NCBI RefSeq assembly: GCF_004010195.1
Contig: NC_057728.1
Coordinates: 41,261,821-41,319,517 of the forward strand
Direction: 5' to 3'
DNA length: 57,697 nt
From: Chiloscyllium plagiosum
Lineage: Eukaryota
Numbering within the stretch: the stretch's first letter is position 1; each line of letters starts with the position of its first letter. This document shows positions 26,367-39,100 of this stretch, one piece after another. A program made the translations under genes and the position numbers. The notes under the pieces are model-generated. The model had not been told where the DNA came from and did no database searches. It saw only the letters and a list, made by a program, of their open reading frames with translations.

Positions 26367-26402
26367 AATCGACATTTCGGGCATAAGCCCTTCTTCAGGA
26401 AT
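26367..26402 (-). ncRNA. Minimal hammerhead ribozyme motif
   Basis: AUUC CUGAAGA A GGGC UUAU GCCC GAAA UG UC GAUU; one mismatch in stem I. Confidence 0.7.
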
Positions 26403-26536
26403 GAGGGAAGTGTGTCCAGCAGGCTAAGATAAAAGGTAGGGAGGAGGGACTTGGGGGAGGGGCATTGGAAATGTGATAGGTGGAAGGAGGTCAAGGTGAG
26501 GGTGATAGGCCGGGGTGGGGGTGGAGAGGTCAGGAA

Positions 26537-26882
26537 NNNNNNNNNNNNNNNNNNNNNNNNNNNNNNNNNNNNNNNNNNNNNNNNNNNNNNNNNNNNNNNN
26601 NNNNNNNNNNNNNNNNNNNNNNNNNNNNNNNNNNNNNNNNNNNNNNNNNNNNNNNNNNNNNNNNNNNNNNNNNNNNNNNNNNNNNNNNNNNNNNNNNNNN
26701 NNNNNNNNNNNNNNNNNNNNNNNNNNNNNNNNNNNNNNNNNNNNNNNNNNNNNNNNNNNNNNNNNNNNNNNNNNNNNNNNNNNNNNNNNNNNNNNNNNNN
26801 NNNNNNNNNNNNNNNNNNNNNNNNNNNNNNNNNNNNNNNNNNNNNNNNNNNNNNNNNNNNNNNNNNNNNNNNNNNNNNNNNN
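26537..26882. other. Assembly gap
   Basis: 346 consecutive N. Confidence 1.
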
Positions 26883-27516
26883 TGGGGTCCGTTTGGAGGT
26901 GGCGGAAATGACTGCAGATGATATGCATGGAGGTTGGTGGGGTGGTAGGTGAGGACCAGTGGGGTTCTGTCCTGGTGGCAGTTGGAGGGGCGGGGCCCAA
27001 GGGCGGAAGTGCGGGAAGTGGAAGAGATGCGGTGGAGGGCATCGTCGACCACGTCTGGGGGCAAATTGCGGCCCTTGAAGAAGGAAGCCATCTGGGTTGT
27101 ACAGATTTGGACCTCCTGGGAGCAGATGCGGCGGAGACGAAAGAATTGGGAATATGGGATGGCGTTTTTACAGGGGGCAGTGTGGAGGAGGTGTTGTCTA
27201 GGTAGCTGTGGGAGTCGGTCGGTTTATAGTAAATGTCCGTGTTGATTCGGTCGCCCGAGATAGAAATGGAAAGGTCTAGGAAGGGGAGGGAGGAGTCTGA
27301 GACGGTCGGGGTGGAAGGTGTTGGTAAAGTGGATGAACTGTTTAACCTCCTCGTGGGAGCACAAGGCAGTGCCGATACAGTCATCGATGTAGCGATGTAC
27401 AGTCATGACTGTATCGGCGCTGCCTTAACCTCCTTCCACCTATCGCATTTCCAACACCCCTCCCCCAAGTCCCTCCTCCCTACCTTTTATCTTAGCCTGC
27501 TGGACACACTTCCCTC

Positions 27517-27552
27517 ATTCCTGAAGAAGGGCTTATGCCCGAAATGTCGATT
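27517..27552 (+). ncRNA. Minimal hammerhead ribozyme motif
   Basis: Exact reverse complement of 26367-26402. Confidence 0.7.
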
Positions 27553-28195
27553 CTCCTGTTCCCTGGATGCTGCCTGACCTGCTGCGCTTTTCCAGCAACA
27601 CATTTTCAGCTTTGATCTCCAGCAAGTAAGGAGACCCAGACTGCAGACAGCATTCAAGATGTGGTCTCACTAATGCTCTGTATAACAAAAATATAAAATT
27701 GTTATTTTTATGTTCACTTCTACTTGTAGTAAACAATAGCATGCCATTATAACTGCCTTGATTGTGTACTGTCCCTGCCTGATAACATCTTTTGACTCAT
27801 GCACTGAAACTCCTAAATCCCTCAGACGCCTCAGAATTTTGGAGTGATTCTACATCAAACAATGTTCTGGTTTTTTTTAGTCTTCCCACTAAAGTGAAAA
27901 ATTTCACATTACCCCATGTTATAGCCCATCTACTAGATATTTATCCATTTGCTCAACCTATCTATATCTGTCTGCAACTTCCTTACATCATCACAACATA
28001 CTTTTTTATCTGCCTTGATGTCATCTGTGAATGCCTCTGCATCTTCATTTAAGTCATCAATACAAATTGCACAAATTTGTGACAAGCATGAGTCCGCTTG
28101 TCACATCCTGCCAATCAAAGACTCATTTATGCAAATTATATTTTCTGCAAGCCAGCCAATCTTTATTGTTTCTAGTATCCTACATCATGAGTTTT

Positions 28196-28527
28196 TTTAG
28201 AATACTTAGTGTGGAAACAGGCCCTTCAGCCCAACAAGTCCACACCGGCCCAACAAGTCCACACTGACCCTCCGAAGTGCAACTCGCCCATTCCCATTCC
28301 CCTACATTTACCCCTTCACCTAACACTACGGGCAATTTAGCATGGCCAATTTACCTAACCTGCACATCTTTGGACTGTGGGAGGAAACCGGAGCACCCGG
28401 AGGAAACCCACGCAGACATGGGGCGAATGTGCAAACTCCACACAGACTGTTGCCTGAGGCGGGAATTGAACCCGGGTCTCTGGCGCTGTGAGGCAGCAGT
28501 GCTAACCACTGTGCCACCGTGCCACCC
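28196..28527 (-). mobile_element. HE1-type V-SINE, full length
   Basis: tRNA head ggtggcacggtggcacagtggttagc...gggttcaattccc, V domain, tail; internal duplication of gcccaacaagtccacac. Confidence 0.93.
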
Positions 28528-30049
28528 CTGCCTTTATTTCCTGCTTTTAATATGGCACCTTGTCAAATACCTTCTGGAAATCTGATTACAGTACATCTGC
28601 AGGCTCTCCCTTATCTATAGCATGACATGACTCCTTCAAAGGACTAGAAAAATTGTTTAAATATGATAGCCCTTTGACAATTCTGGATTGCCTTGCTTTT
28701 TTTCTAAGTGTCTAGCTATTACCTCTTTAATGATCAATTCTATGATCTTCCACTTGATGAGTGTCAAGTAAACTGACCTATAATATCCTGTTTTCTGTCT
28801 CAATCTCTTGAAAAGTGGGTGATATTTGCTACTTCTGTCTGATGGAATGTTTCCAGAATCTAAGGAATTTTGGAAAATTAAAACCAATGCATCTACTACC
28901 TTATTAGCCACAAGATAAGTCAATCAAGACGCAAGACTTGTCAGCCCGTAGCCCATAATCCCTCATGATTATATTTGCACTAAATTTCTCTCTCCCTTCC
29001 ACTTCCTGATTTAAAGTTCTTACTGTGATGTTTTTGTATCCTCTACAGTGATTACAGAAGTAAAATATTCGTTCATTTCATGCAGCATTTCCTTGTTATC
29101 TATTACTAACTCCCCATGCTCACTCTATAAAGGACAAGTATTCACTTTACTTACTCCTTTCCTTTTTAAATACTGGTTGACACTCTTGTTATTTGTTTTT
29201 ATATTCCTAGCTAGTTTCCTCCCATACTCTAATTTCTTTCTCCTCATTAACATCTTAGTAATTCTCTATTGTTCTTGTTATTCTGTTTAATTATCTGACC
29301 TGTTACTCATCTTTGTGCAGTTAAGTACTTTGTCCTTAAGTTTGATCTTTTTCCTAACTACTTTAGTGAACCCTGGATATGCAGCCTCCCTTTAACATTT
29401 TCCTTTATAGTAGGAATTTACTTATTCTTGAGTATTCTGAAATATTCCCTTGTATGTTTGCTACTCTTTCTCTATTGATCTATCTCATAGTTGAATATGC
29501 CAGTTCAACTGTATCAGCTTTCATTTCCACGTAGTTGACTTTATCTAAATATAAAATACAAGACCTAATATTCTCCCTTTCAATCAAACTTTGGTCACTG
29601 CTACCTGGTCTGAAATCATTAATTAAACCTGTCTCATTACCCTGATACAGTTTCATGGTGAATTGATGGAGAGAAACATTGTTTCCATTGTTTACCTTAC
29701 TCAGGAGATTGCTAGAGAGTGAGACCATTTGGAGTAACAATGCTTTATTGCAAAATGTATTCTTGGGAAATGCTCAGTTCACCAGCTGGTCTTTTTATGT
29801 CCCTAATTTTGGTATGTTCATATTGGGGCTGGCAAGAGGGCAGTGAAAATTAGGCTATGGTGCCAGGACAGGTCATATAAAGCTAACGATAATATAAACA
29901 GTCATTTTGTTGAATAAGCTACTGGGTCAGAAGGATGGTAAAGAGGATTGCAACCTATTCAGTTTACCTTGAGTGAGCAGCTAGGACAAGGTAGGAACTA
30001 GGACAAGGATCTGAAATCTTTTGGCTGGAGTTGAATAAGATAGTGCCTG

Positions 30050-30372
30050 TCACAGCCTTGAATATACTTAGTGACCCAGCATCAAGAATCCTCTGCAATA
30101 AAGAATTCCACAGATTTCATTTTATCTGTGAGGAAGGAAATTCCTTCTCATCTCTCTTTCAAATGTGCAATTCTTATTCTGAGATTAAGCCCTATGTTCC
30201 AAGATTCTCCCACAAGTGACAATATTTCCACATCTATTCTGTCAAGTCCCATAAGAATCTTGTATGCTTCAGTAAGGTCACCTCTCATTCTTCAATATTT
30301 CAGTGAGTACAGGCCCAATCTAGTCAACTTCTCCTCAAAGCTCAATCGCTCCATACCTGGTGTCAACTTACC
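30050..30372 (-). mobile_element. Decayed CR1 3' fragment
   Basis: Minus strand RLGLYSLKY, RMRGDL remnants. Confidence 0.7.
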
Positions 30373-30540
30373 TGTGAAATAAGGCAAATGCTAGATTTAG
30401 CATCTGTAATATAGCTTGCGATTGGGAGCTAGTATTCTGTATCAGATAAAGTTCCTAAGTAGTCATAGAATCAAGGAGGATAGCAGTGTAATGGAGGTGG
30501 CTATTGTCAGCATGTATGTAAAACTGACCTGATTCTCATT

Positions 30541-30674
30541 TAAAAATCTCACAACACCAGGTTATAGTCCAACAGGTTTAATTGGAAGCACTAGCTTTCG
30601 GAGTGCTGCTCCTTCATCAGGTGGTTGTGATTTTTAACTTTGTACACCCCAGTCGAACATCGGCATCTCCAAAT
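30541..30674 (-). mobile_element. Penelope-derived mini element (134 bp)
   Basis: TSD cctgattctcatt (30528-30540) / cctgattctaatt (30675-30687); one hammerhead plus a short inverted tail. Confidence 0.8.
30589..30623 (-). ncRNA. Minimal hammerhead ribozyme motif, intact
   Basis: CAC CUGAUGA A GGAG CAGCA CUCC GAAA GC UA GUG; stems I and II fully paired. Confidence 0.78.
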
Positions 30675-32088
30675 CCTGATTCTAATTGACAATGGAAGAA
30701 GAAGCCGTTGTTCAATATATGTTGGCAAAGATCCCTTTAAGATGACTGTAGAGGATAGATGGAAGTGATAAATCACTTTGGCCATCAAATAGTTCTCACC
30801 TTTATTCAGAAACATTGCTACCCCTTGAGAATTACTTTTCTCTTCAAAAGGGTTGTTTGAACACAAACTTCATTTGTAGCTTGTATCTGGTGCATTGGCA
30901 TCACAAGTAGCTCTCACTTTTTGAGCAGATGTAAAGTAATAAGAAACAAAATTAATCATCAGCACAGACCAAGAGACTAGCTCAGATTTGGAGCTGTTGC
31001 CCCTATTATTGACCTCAGACCTTTATTAGTAGCCTAGTTAAAGTGGCACCAGCTGAACTATTCTCCAAAATTTCAGACTATCTAATGAGCAAAGACCAGG
31101 GAAAACTAATCCAGTTATGATCATGTATTCATGTGTTATTGCTTTGCTGAATTCCAATAAACAATTTGGGTGAAACCATTTGTGACTAAGTATGTGCATT
31201 TAAGTCAGAAGTAAGAGTTGTAATAATTTTAAAAACTGAAGCTTTACTCTGTAAAATCATTGTGGAAATAACAAATGAATAACTTCAATAAATCAGTAAA
31301 CAGAACTGTTTGCAAATTACAAATACAAAAATAAGTTTGCATGCATCATTAGCTGCATTCTCAATTGTAGAGTGTCACTTGTAAGTCTGTGCAGGAAGGC
31401 ATCTGAAGGTTTAATTTACATCAATCTTGTAAATCAGTTCAGAAAAACGAGAAATTGCTTGAGTAAGTCTTATCATATGCCATGTTAGCAGACAGAGGGT
31501 AGTATATTTTTGGAATTCACTACTGTGTATTACTTATTGATGCTCAGTTTGTATATACTCTTGAGTAAATTGTGCAACATTAAGGGAATCAAAGAAATGG
31601 GAATTAGCTGGGAAAGTGAAGTTATACAAACGTTCAGCTGCAAGCTTTTTGAATGGCAGAGCTGGTTCAGCAGGACCAGTGGCTTACACTGCTACTTTTC
31701 TATTGTCTCTGCATGTATAGCATTTATTAAATCTGAAGTTTATCTTTCAAGGGTAATTATTTGTTTTAATTTGACAACCATAGAGTCAGCAGATTTAATT
31801 ATATGAATATAGTTACTTGAGAGGTGACGGTGTGGACACCACTATATTCTGTGATACTGCATAACTTAAGCAAGGACTGACTTTATTTTATATGTCTAAT
31901 ACAGCATATCATTAACCAGAATGTGTTTCAGAGTTGGATTGCATTTTCAAGTAGTTGTTTTGAAACATACTTTCTGACAATCCTTAAAATTAACTCTACA
32001 GTATATTACTACTTCTTCCAAAGGGTTGTGAATCTGTGGAATTTGCTACCCCAAAGTGCTGTGGATGCTGGGACAGTGTGTAAATTTG

Positions 32089-33461
32089 AGACCATAAGAA
32101 ACAGGAGTGGAAGTAAGGCCATTCGGCCCATCGAATCTACTCTGCCATTCAATCATGGCTGATGGGTATTTCAACACCATTTACCCGCAGTCTCCCCGTA
32201 TCCCTTAATTCCTTGCAAAATTAAGAATTTATCAAGAAGACATTTAATGCCCCAGCCTCCACTGTGCTCAGTGGCAATGAATTCCACTGGCCCACCACTC
32301 TCTGGCTGAAGAAATGTCTCCACATTTCTGTTCTAAATTGACCTCCTCTAATTCTAAGGCTGTGCCCACGGGTCCTAGTCTCCCCACCTGATGGAAACAA
32401 ATTCACAGCGTCCACCCTTTCTAAGCCATGCATTATCTTGCAATTTTCCATTCGATCTCCCCTCAACCTTCTAAACTCTAAAGAATACAATCCCAGGATC
32501 CTCAGCCATTCATCGTATGTTAGGCCTACCATTCCAGGGATCATCCGTGTGAATCTCCGCTGGACACGCTCCAGTGCCAGTATGTACTTCCTGAGGTGTG
32601 GGGCCCAAAAGTGGACACAGTATTCTAAATGGGGCCTAACCAGAGCTTTATAAAATCTCAGTAGCACATCACTGCTTTTACATTCCAACCCAGTTGAAAT
32701 AAATGACAACATTAAATTTGCTTTCTTAACCACTGACTCAACCTGCAAGCTAACTTTAAAAGATTCCTGGCCTAGCACACTCAGATCCATTTGTACTTTG
32801 TCCTTATGAATTTTCTCACCATTTAGAAAATAGTCCGTCTCTGTATTCTTTTTTCCGAAGTGCAAGACCCCGCATCTACTTACACTGAATTTGATCAACC
32901 ATTTCTTGGACTACTCTCCTAAACTGTCTAAATCTTTCTGCAGCCTCCCCAACTCCTCAGAACTATCTGCCTGTCCACCTAACTTCGTATCATCGGCGAA
33001 CTTCACCAGAATGCCCCCAGATCCTTCATCCAGATCATTAATATAAAAAGTGAACAGCTGGAGCCCCAACACTGAACCCTGTGGGACACCACTTGTCACC
33101 AGCTGCCATTCTGAAAAAGAACCTTTTATCCCAACTCTCTGCCTTCTGTCAGCCAATCCTCAATCCATGTCAGTAGCTCACCTTGAACACCATGGGCCCT
33201 CACCTTACTCAGCAGCCTCCCATGAGGCACCTTATCAAAGGCCTTTTGGAAGTCTAGGTAGATGATATCCACTGGGTTTCCCCGGTCCAACCTACTTGTT
33301 ACATCTTCAAAGAATTCTAACAGGTTTGTCAGGCACTACTTCCCCTTACTAAATTCATGCTGACTTGTTCTAATCCGATCATGCACCTCCAAGAATTTAG
33401 AAATCTCATCCTTAACAATGGATTTGAGAATTTTACCTACAACCAAGGTTAGGCTAATCGA
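32089..33461 (-). mobile_element. CR1 3' half (RT), same subfamily as 8423-11002, inserted in a + CR1 tail (32008-32088 and 33470-33635)
   Basis: SGVPQGSVLG, KFADDTK, LVRPHLEYC, TRTRGHSLR. Confidence 0.95.
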
Positions 33462-33990
33462 TCGATTAGGAAGAATTTAAGGAAAAGTTAGACAGATTCT
33501 GAATTGGTAATGGGTTGAAGTGACCTGGTGAGAAGGAAGGAAAATGGGGGTGAGGAGCATATCAATCATGATTGAATGGCAGATCAAACTCGATGGGCTA
33601 AAGGACCTAATTCTGCTCCTATATCTTATGAACTTACAAACAAAACAATGTTTCTTAGAATGTTTTCCTTTAATCTCTGAGATGTAGGTTTAAAGTAGTT
33701 CTGCACAGCTGGAATGAAGGTATCATTGACATAGAGTACATTTGGATGCTCTTCATACAACTCTTAATGCTATAACAGTGCACGTTGTGCATAATTTCAA
33801 CTGTAAATGTTTTTATGTATGAATACTATTGGAAATAGGGTGGGACAGGAGGAGATGTCTTTTGAGTTTAAAATTGAAGAAGTTTTGGGGGGACAAAATA
33901 ATAAGTTTGTCTTTACATTTGGTACTTACTGTAATGGACATGTGGAATTTGAGGAATTGTTCCATTCCACAGCAGAAATGTCCCTCCACT

Positions 33991-34950
33991 TAGAGTCATA
34001 GAAATGTACAGCACGGAAACAGACCGTTTGGTCCAACCCGTCCGTGCCGACCAGATATCCCAAGCCAATCTAGTCCCACCTGCCAGCACCAGGCCCATAT
34101 CCCTCCAAACCCTTCCTATTCATATACCCATCCAGATGTCTTTTAAATGGTGCAATTGTACCAGCCTCCACCACTTCCTCTGGCAGCTCATTTCATACAC
34201 GTACCACCCTTTGCATGAAAAAGTTGCCCCTTAGGTCTCTTTTATATCTTTCCCCTCTCACCCTAAACCTATGCCCTCTAGTTCTGGACTCCCCCACACC
34301 AGGGAAAAGACTTTGTCTATTTATCCTATCCATGCCGTTCATGATTTTATAAACCTCTATAAGGTCACCCCACAGCCTCCGACGCTTCAGGGAAAACCGC
34401 CCCAGCCTGTTCAACCTCTATCGATAGCTATAATCCTCCAACCATGGAAACATCCTTGTGAGTCTTTTCTGAACCCTTTCAAGTTTCACAACATCTTTCC
34501 GATAGGAAGGAGACCAGAATTGCACTCAGTATTCCAACAGTGGCCTAATCAATGCCCTGTTCAGCCGCAGCATGACCTCCCAATTCCTGTACTCAATACT
34601 CTGACCAATAAAGGAAAGCATACCAAACGGTCTTTTCACTCTCCTATCTACCTGCGACTTCACTTTCAAGGAGCTATGAACCTGCACTCCAAGGTCTCTT
34701 TTTGGTCAGCCACACTCCTTAGGACCTTACCATTAAGTGTATAAATCCTGCTAAGATTTGCTTTCCCAAAATGCAGCACCTCACATTTATCTAAATTTAA
34801 ACTCCATCTGCCATTTCTCAGCCCATTGGCCCATCTGATAAAGATCCCATTGTAATCGGAGCTAACCTTCTTTGCTGTCCACTACACCTCCAATTTTAGT
34901 GTCATCAGCAAACTTACTAACTATACCTCTTATGCTCCCATCCAAGTCAT
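33991..34950 (-). mobile_element. CR1 3' fragment
   Basis: RRRLWGDLIEVYKIM, ESRTRGHRF; tail tttctatgactcta. Confidence 0.9.
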
Positions 34951-35077
34951 TTGAATGAGTATATAAAATAATTTCTTAAATAAGGTTGATGTTTTGATGA
35001 GGATGGTTACTAGCATTCCTATTGTATTCAATTTGTTTGTTCAGCTTCAAATCAACAATGAGATTGGAGGATTGGTG

Positions 35078-36075
35078 TGTCAAGCCGCTAGGATCAGTGC
35101 TAGGTCCACTGCTTTTTGTCATTTGTATAAATGATTTGGATATAAATTTGGGAAGAATGGTTAGTAAGTTTGCAGATGACACTAAAATTGGTGGTAAAGT
35201 GGACAGTGAAGAAGGTTACTTCAGACCACCAAGGGACTTTGATCAGATGGGCAATGGACCAAAAAGCATCAGGTAGAGTTTAATTTAGATAATGTGCAGT
35301 GCTGTATTTTGGTAAGACAAATCAGGGATGCACTTGTATGCTTAATGGTAAGGTCCTGAGGAGTGTTGTCAAACTAAGAGACCTTTGGGTGCAGGTTCAT
35401 AGTTCCTTAAAAGTGGAGTTGCAGGTAGACAGGGTAATGAAGAAGGCATTTGGTACACTTTCCTTTATTGGTCAGTGCATTGAGTATTGGGACATCATAT
35501 TGCAGCTTATAGAACATTGGTTAGGCCACTTTTGGAATACTCCATTCAGTTCTGGTCTCCCTGCTATAGGAATAATGTTGTTAAACTTGAACAGATGCAG
35601 AAAAGATTTACAAGGATGTTGCCAGGTTGGAGAGCTTGAGCCACAGGGAGAGGCTGGAACTATTTTCCCTGGCGCTTCAGAGGCTGAGGGGTGACCTTGT
35701 AGGGGTTTATGTTTATAAATCATGAGGGACATGGATAGGGTGAATAGCCAAGGTCTTTTCCCTAGGGTAGGAGAGACCAAACCTGGAGGGCATAGGTTAG
35801 GGTGAGAGGAGAAAGATGTAAAAGGGACCTAAAGGGACAACATTTTCACGCAGAGGGTGGTGTATATATGGAATGAGCTGCAGAGGCAGTGGTGGAAGCT
35901 GGTACAATTACAACATTTAAAAGGCATCTGAATGGGTAGAGGAAGAAGAAGGGTTCAGTGCGATGTGAGCTAAATGCTGGCAAATGGGACTGGATTATTA
36001 ATTTAGGATATTTGGTTGGCATGGACAACTTGGACTGAAGGGTCTGTTTCTGTACAGTGTCTCTATGGCTCTGAG
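35078..36075 (+). mobile_element. CR1 3' fragment
   Basis: GSVLGPLLFVICINDLD, SKFADDTK; tail tctctatggctct. Confidence 0.9.
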
Positions 36076-36197
36076 TGTAAATGGCAGAAAGTTGATCATA
36101 GTTCAGTTTGATCCTTTTACACATACAATGGTGTTTAAATTATGAACATTTATTATTTGTATTTTCTCAACTTGAGACTGCTTAAAATCTTATTTTT

Positions 36198-39100
36198 GGA
36201 GATCCAAGATGGTGGCAGTCTGAGTGGTCTGCTGTGCTGGGCTCTGTACCATAGCCCCTGGCAAGGTTGACCTTTAACCCCCCACCTTGTTAACCATCTG
36301 TAGGAGAAAAATCAATAATATGAAGTTACTGAACACCTGGAGCTGCTAAAATTGTGGTTTGACAGCTCTAATATCAGGATGAAGGCAAATAAAGGGAAAG
36401 GTGCAAAAGGTATAGCAAGCAGGGCACTCTCCTACTGTGTCAGGGGTGTCCATAGCCATAGCTCAAACTCCCAGGGTGGCCCCTTTGGATTTAATGGGCA
36501 GCAGCATTTATTCTGAGTTTGCCAAACTCAGAAAAGATTGAAGCAGCGATGGAGCCGATATCTGCTGAAAAAGCAGGAGCAGGAGATTCAAACACTGGAC
36601 CGAAGAGTAGAAGCAGAGGACCATGGCAGAGGTCTTTGGCAGAAGGATCTGACCGCTGGAAGACCAGGTTGGGATCCTTCAGGAACAACTAGACAACCTG
36701 GAAAACAAAAGTAGAAGATAAACTTAGGGCCCCCGGAGCGCAAGGAAGGTGAGGATCTCGTTAGATTCCTGGAGAAGTGACTCCAAAGGTTCCTGGGGCT
36801 GGGGTTGGAATTGGGCCTGGTAAGTGTAGAGCGGGCCTACGAGATTGCAATGCGCCCGGTCCTCGTGTGACTCCAACATTATAAAGAAAAACAGTTAGTG
36901 ATTGAAATAGCAAGAAGACTGGGAAGAGATTCACAGGCTGTAATATATAAAGGCTCAAGAATAATGTTTTTTCAAGACTTCTCAGGAGCCATAATTAAGA
37001 AGGGAAAGGTATTTGGTGAAGTTAAGAGAAAATTAAGAGATCTGAGCATTTAATATTCCTGGAGATACCCGGCAGTGATGCGTATCGCTCATGGAGGGAC
37101 GGTATATAATTTTGATTCAGCAGAAAAGGCCAAGGACTTTGAGAGCTTTTAAATAAAGGACTCAGTTTGGGAGTTGGGGGTGGGGGTGGGGGAGGGGGGG
37201 TAATGTTGGTGGAAGTGGCACTGTTATAGACAATGGTACAGTTTTTCTTTACTTTTTCTGCCCCTCTTTTTCTCCTCTCTCCCCTTTTTGTGGTTATCGG
37301 TTTTATAGCTTTTGTAATGCCTTGGTGTAAAACCCGATTTATTTATCATTTTGGTCAGTTGGTTAGTTATTATCTGGAGATTTGTTTTGCTGCTGTTCTT
37401 TCTTTTGGATCTGTGGTTAAAATGTATGGAGAAGAGGTGTGGAGCAGGGAGGGTAGTCGTCCATTGTTAGCTCTCAATGTAAATAACATGTTTTCTCTAT
37501 ATGTGCATTGCCTGGGACTAGGGTGCGACCTCAGCTTGATGGAGCCAGGTTGGGAGTGAGGATTGCCCCTATGGGAAGGGGGGGGGGATCTCTAGTAAAT
37601 TGGGGTTTATTTAGGTGTTTAAGTTAAATGTAGAGGTTAGTTTTTTAGTTGTTGTAGTTTTTAGACCTTAGAGTTAATGTCTTTTTTGCTTGCCATACCT
37701 CAAGATAAGCTTCCTCCCCTTGGGAAATCACGGGCTGCCCTGGATGGCCATGGTTAGTGATTGATTTGTTCAGGTGGTGCACCTGGAATGTAAAAGGGAG
37801 CCATTCCCCCATTAAAAGAGACTGATTTAACTGATAAGGAACATCTGAAACTGCAGCAGCAGGGTTATGATAGGCTATTCTTCTCATCCTTTAGCTCCAA
37901 GAGTAGAGGAGTGGCTCTGCTGGTAAAAAGGAACCTCCCATTCCAGGTAACTGAGCAAATTAAGGACAAACATGGACTGTTCATCATTCTTAAAGCTCTA
38001 ATACATAGAGAAGAGTATGGCGTCCCAAATGTTTATTGTCCCCCAGCACACCCTCTTAAATTTCTGATTGATGCAGTTGCTAAATTTATTGAATCTCAGG
38101 GTGTGCTGCACGATCACTGGAGGGGATTTTAACTGCCTAATGGATCTCAGGGTAGATAGGATGCCAATGGGCCTCGGTGGTAGGCCCACACAATCTAGAC
38201 AGTTGGTGGACATGTGTGAGGAGTTGGGATTGGTGGATGTGTGTAGGCATCTCCACCCTAGTGGAACAGACTTTTCTTTTTATTCCAACTCACACAAGTG
38301 CCACACGCGAATTGACATGTTCCTTATGCCATCGGTTTGATTGGACAGAATGTTGGCTTGGATAATTGGGAATATAACTATCGCGGACCATGCACCAGAG
38401 TATTTAGATGTTAAAGTCAAGGATGGTGGAATGGCACTGGCACATGGACCCATTCCTGTTAAGGGATAGCAAATTTGTAGCGTGCATTACAAGTAGAGTC
38501 AGGGTCTTCTGGACTATCAAGTCGGGGAAGGTCAGTAATCCGTCGGTACTTAGGGAGGCCACTAAGGCACACTTATGATCATTTTGTATTCGACAACTAG
38601 AAGGAGGCAGAGGGAGGAGCAGCAACGGATGCTGCAGGCCCTGCTGAAATTGGCTGAGGAAGTATATTATAATTGTCCTTCATTGGTCAAGCTACAGTGG
38701 GTCACAGCTCTCCGGGCTGCTCTTGTCTCATTACACACACAGGTGACAAAAAAAGGTCTCCTTTGCTAAACAAAGATTGTTTGAATTTGGAGATAAGCCA
38801 GGTAGATATCTGGTGAGAAAGAAGAATGTTTCCCGATCCATTATCCAAGGCTGGCATGGTTACCCGTGAGTTGAAGAAGATCAGTGTTAGATGTAGGGAA
38901 TACTTCATAGAGTTACACCTGTTAGAGGGCAGCAAAGATGGTGCAATAAGAATGCAGACCTTTTTTGAGAACCTGGATCTCCCCAGTATAAACACTGAGC
39001 AGGTCTCCCTGTTAAATGCACCTATGACGATGTAAGAGGTACAGGAAGCAATCAAGCATCTCCAGGGTGGCAAAGCACTGGGGCCAGATGAATTCCTGAG

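Larger units (their letters stand above)
26309..27624 (-). mobile_element. Penelope-like retroelement, 5'-truncated, with inverted pseudo-LTRs
   Basis: TSD agtaaggaga (26299-26308, 27625-27634); RT motifs RYIDD, SLPFLDLSI, TDIYYKPTDSHSYLD, PLVLTYHP; ~185-bp inverted repeats, each with a hammerhead motif. Confidence 0.92.
25843..29650 (-). mobile_element. Old decayed CR1 interrupted by Penelope and HE1 insertions
   Basis: 3' tail near 25850; LYRALVRPHLECCLQ (27742-27635); LIFQNSLDSG and YYRSVYLT (28923-28657). Confidence 0.7.

Noticed and set aside
26342..27384. Long ORFs of 143-284 aa
   Set aside because: Inflated by the N gap; the real parts are Penelope RT and pseudo-LTR fragments.
28277..28585. 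Recurring short ORFs (MAQWLALLPHS..., WPIHLTCTSLDCGRKPEHPEETH)
   Set aside because: Translations of HE1 SINE copies, not genes.
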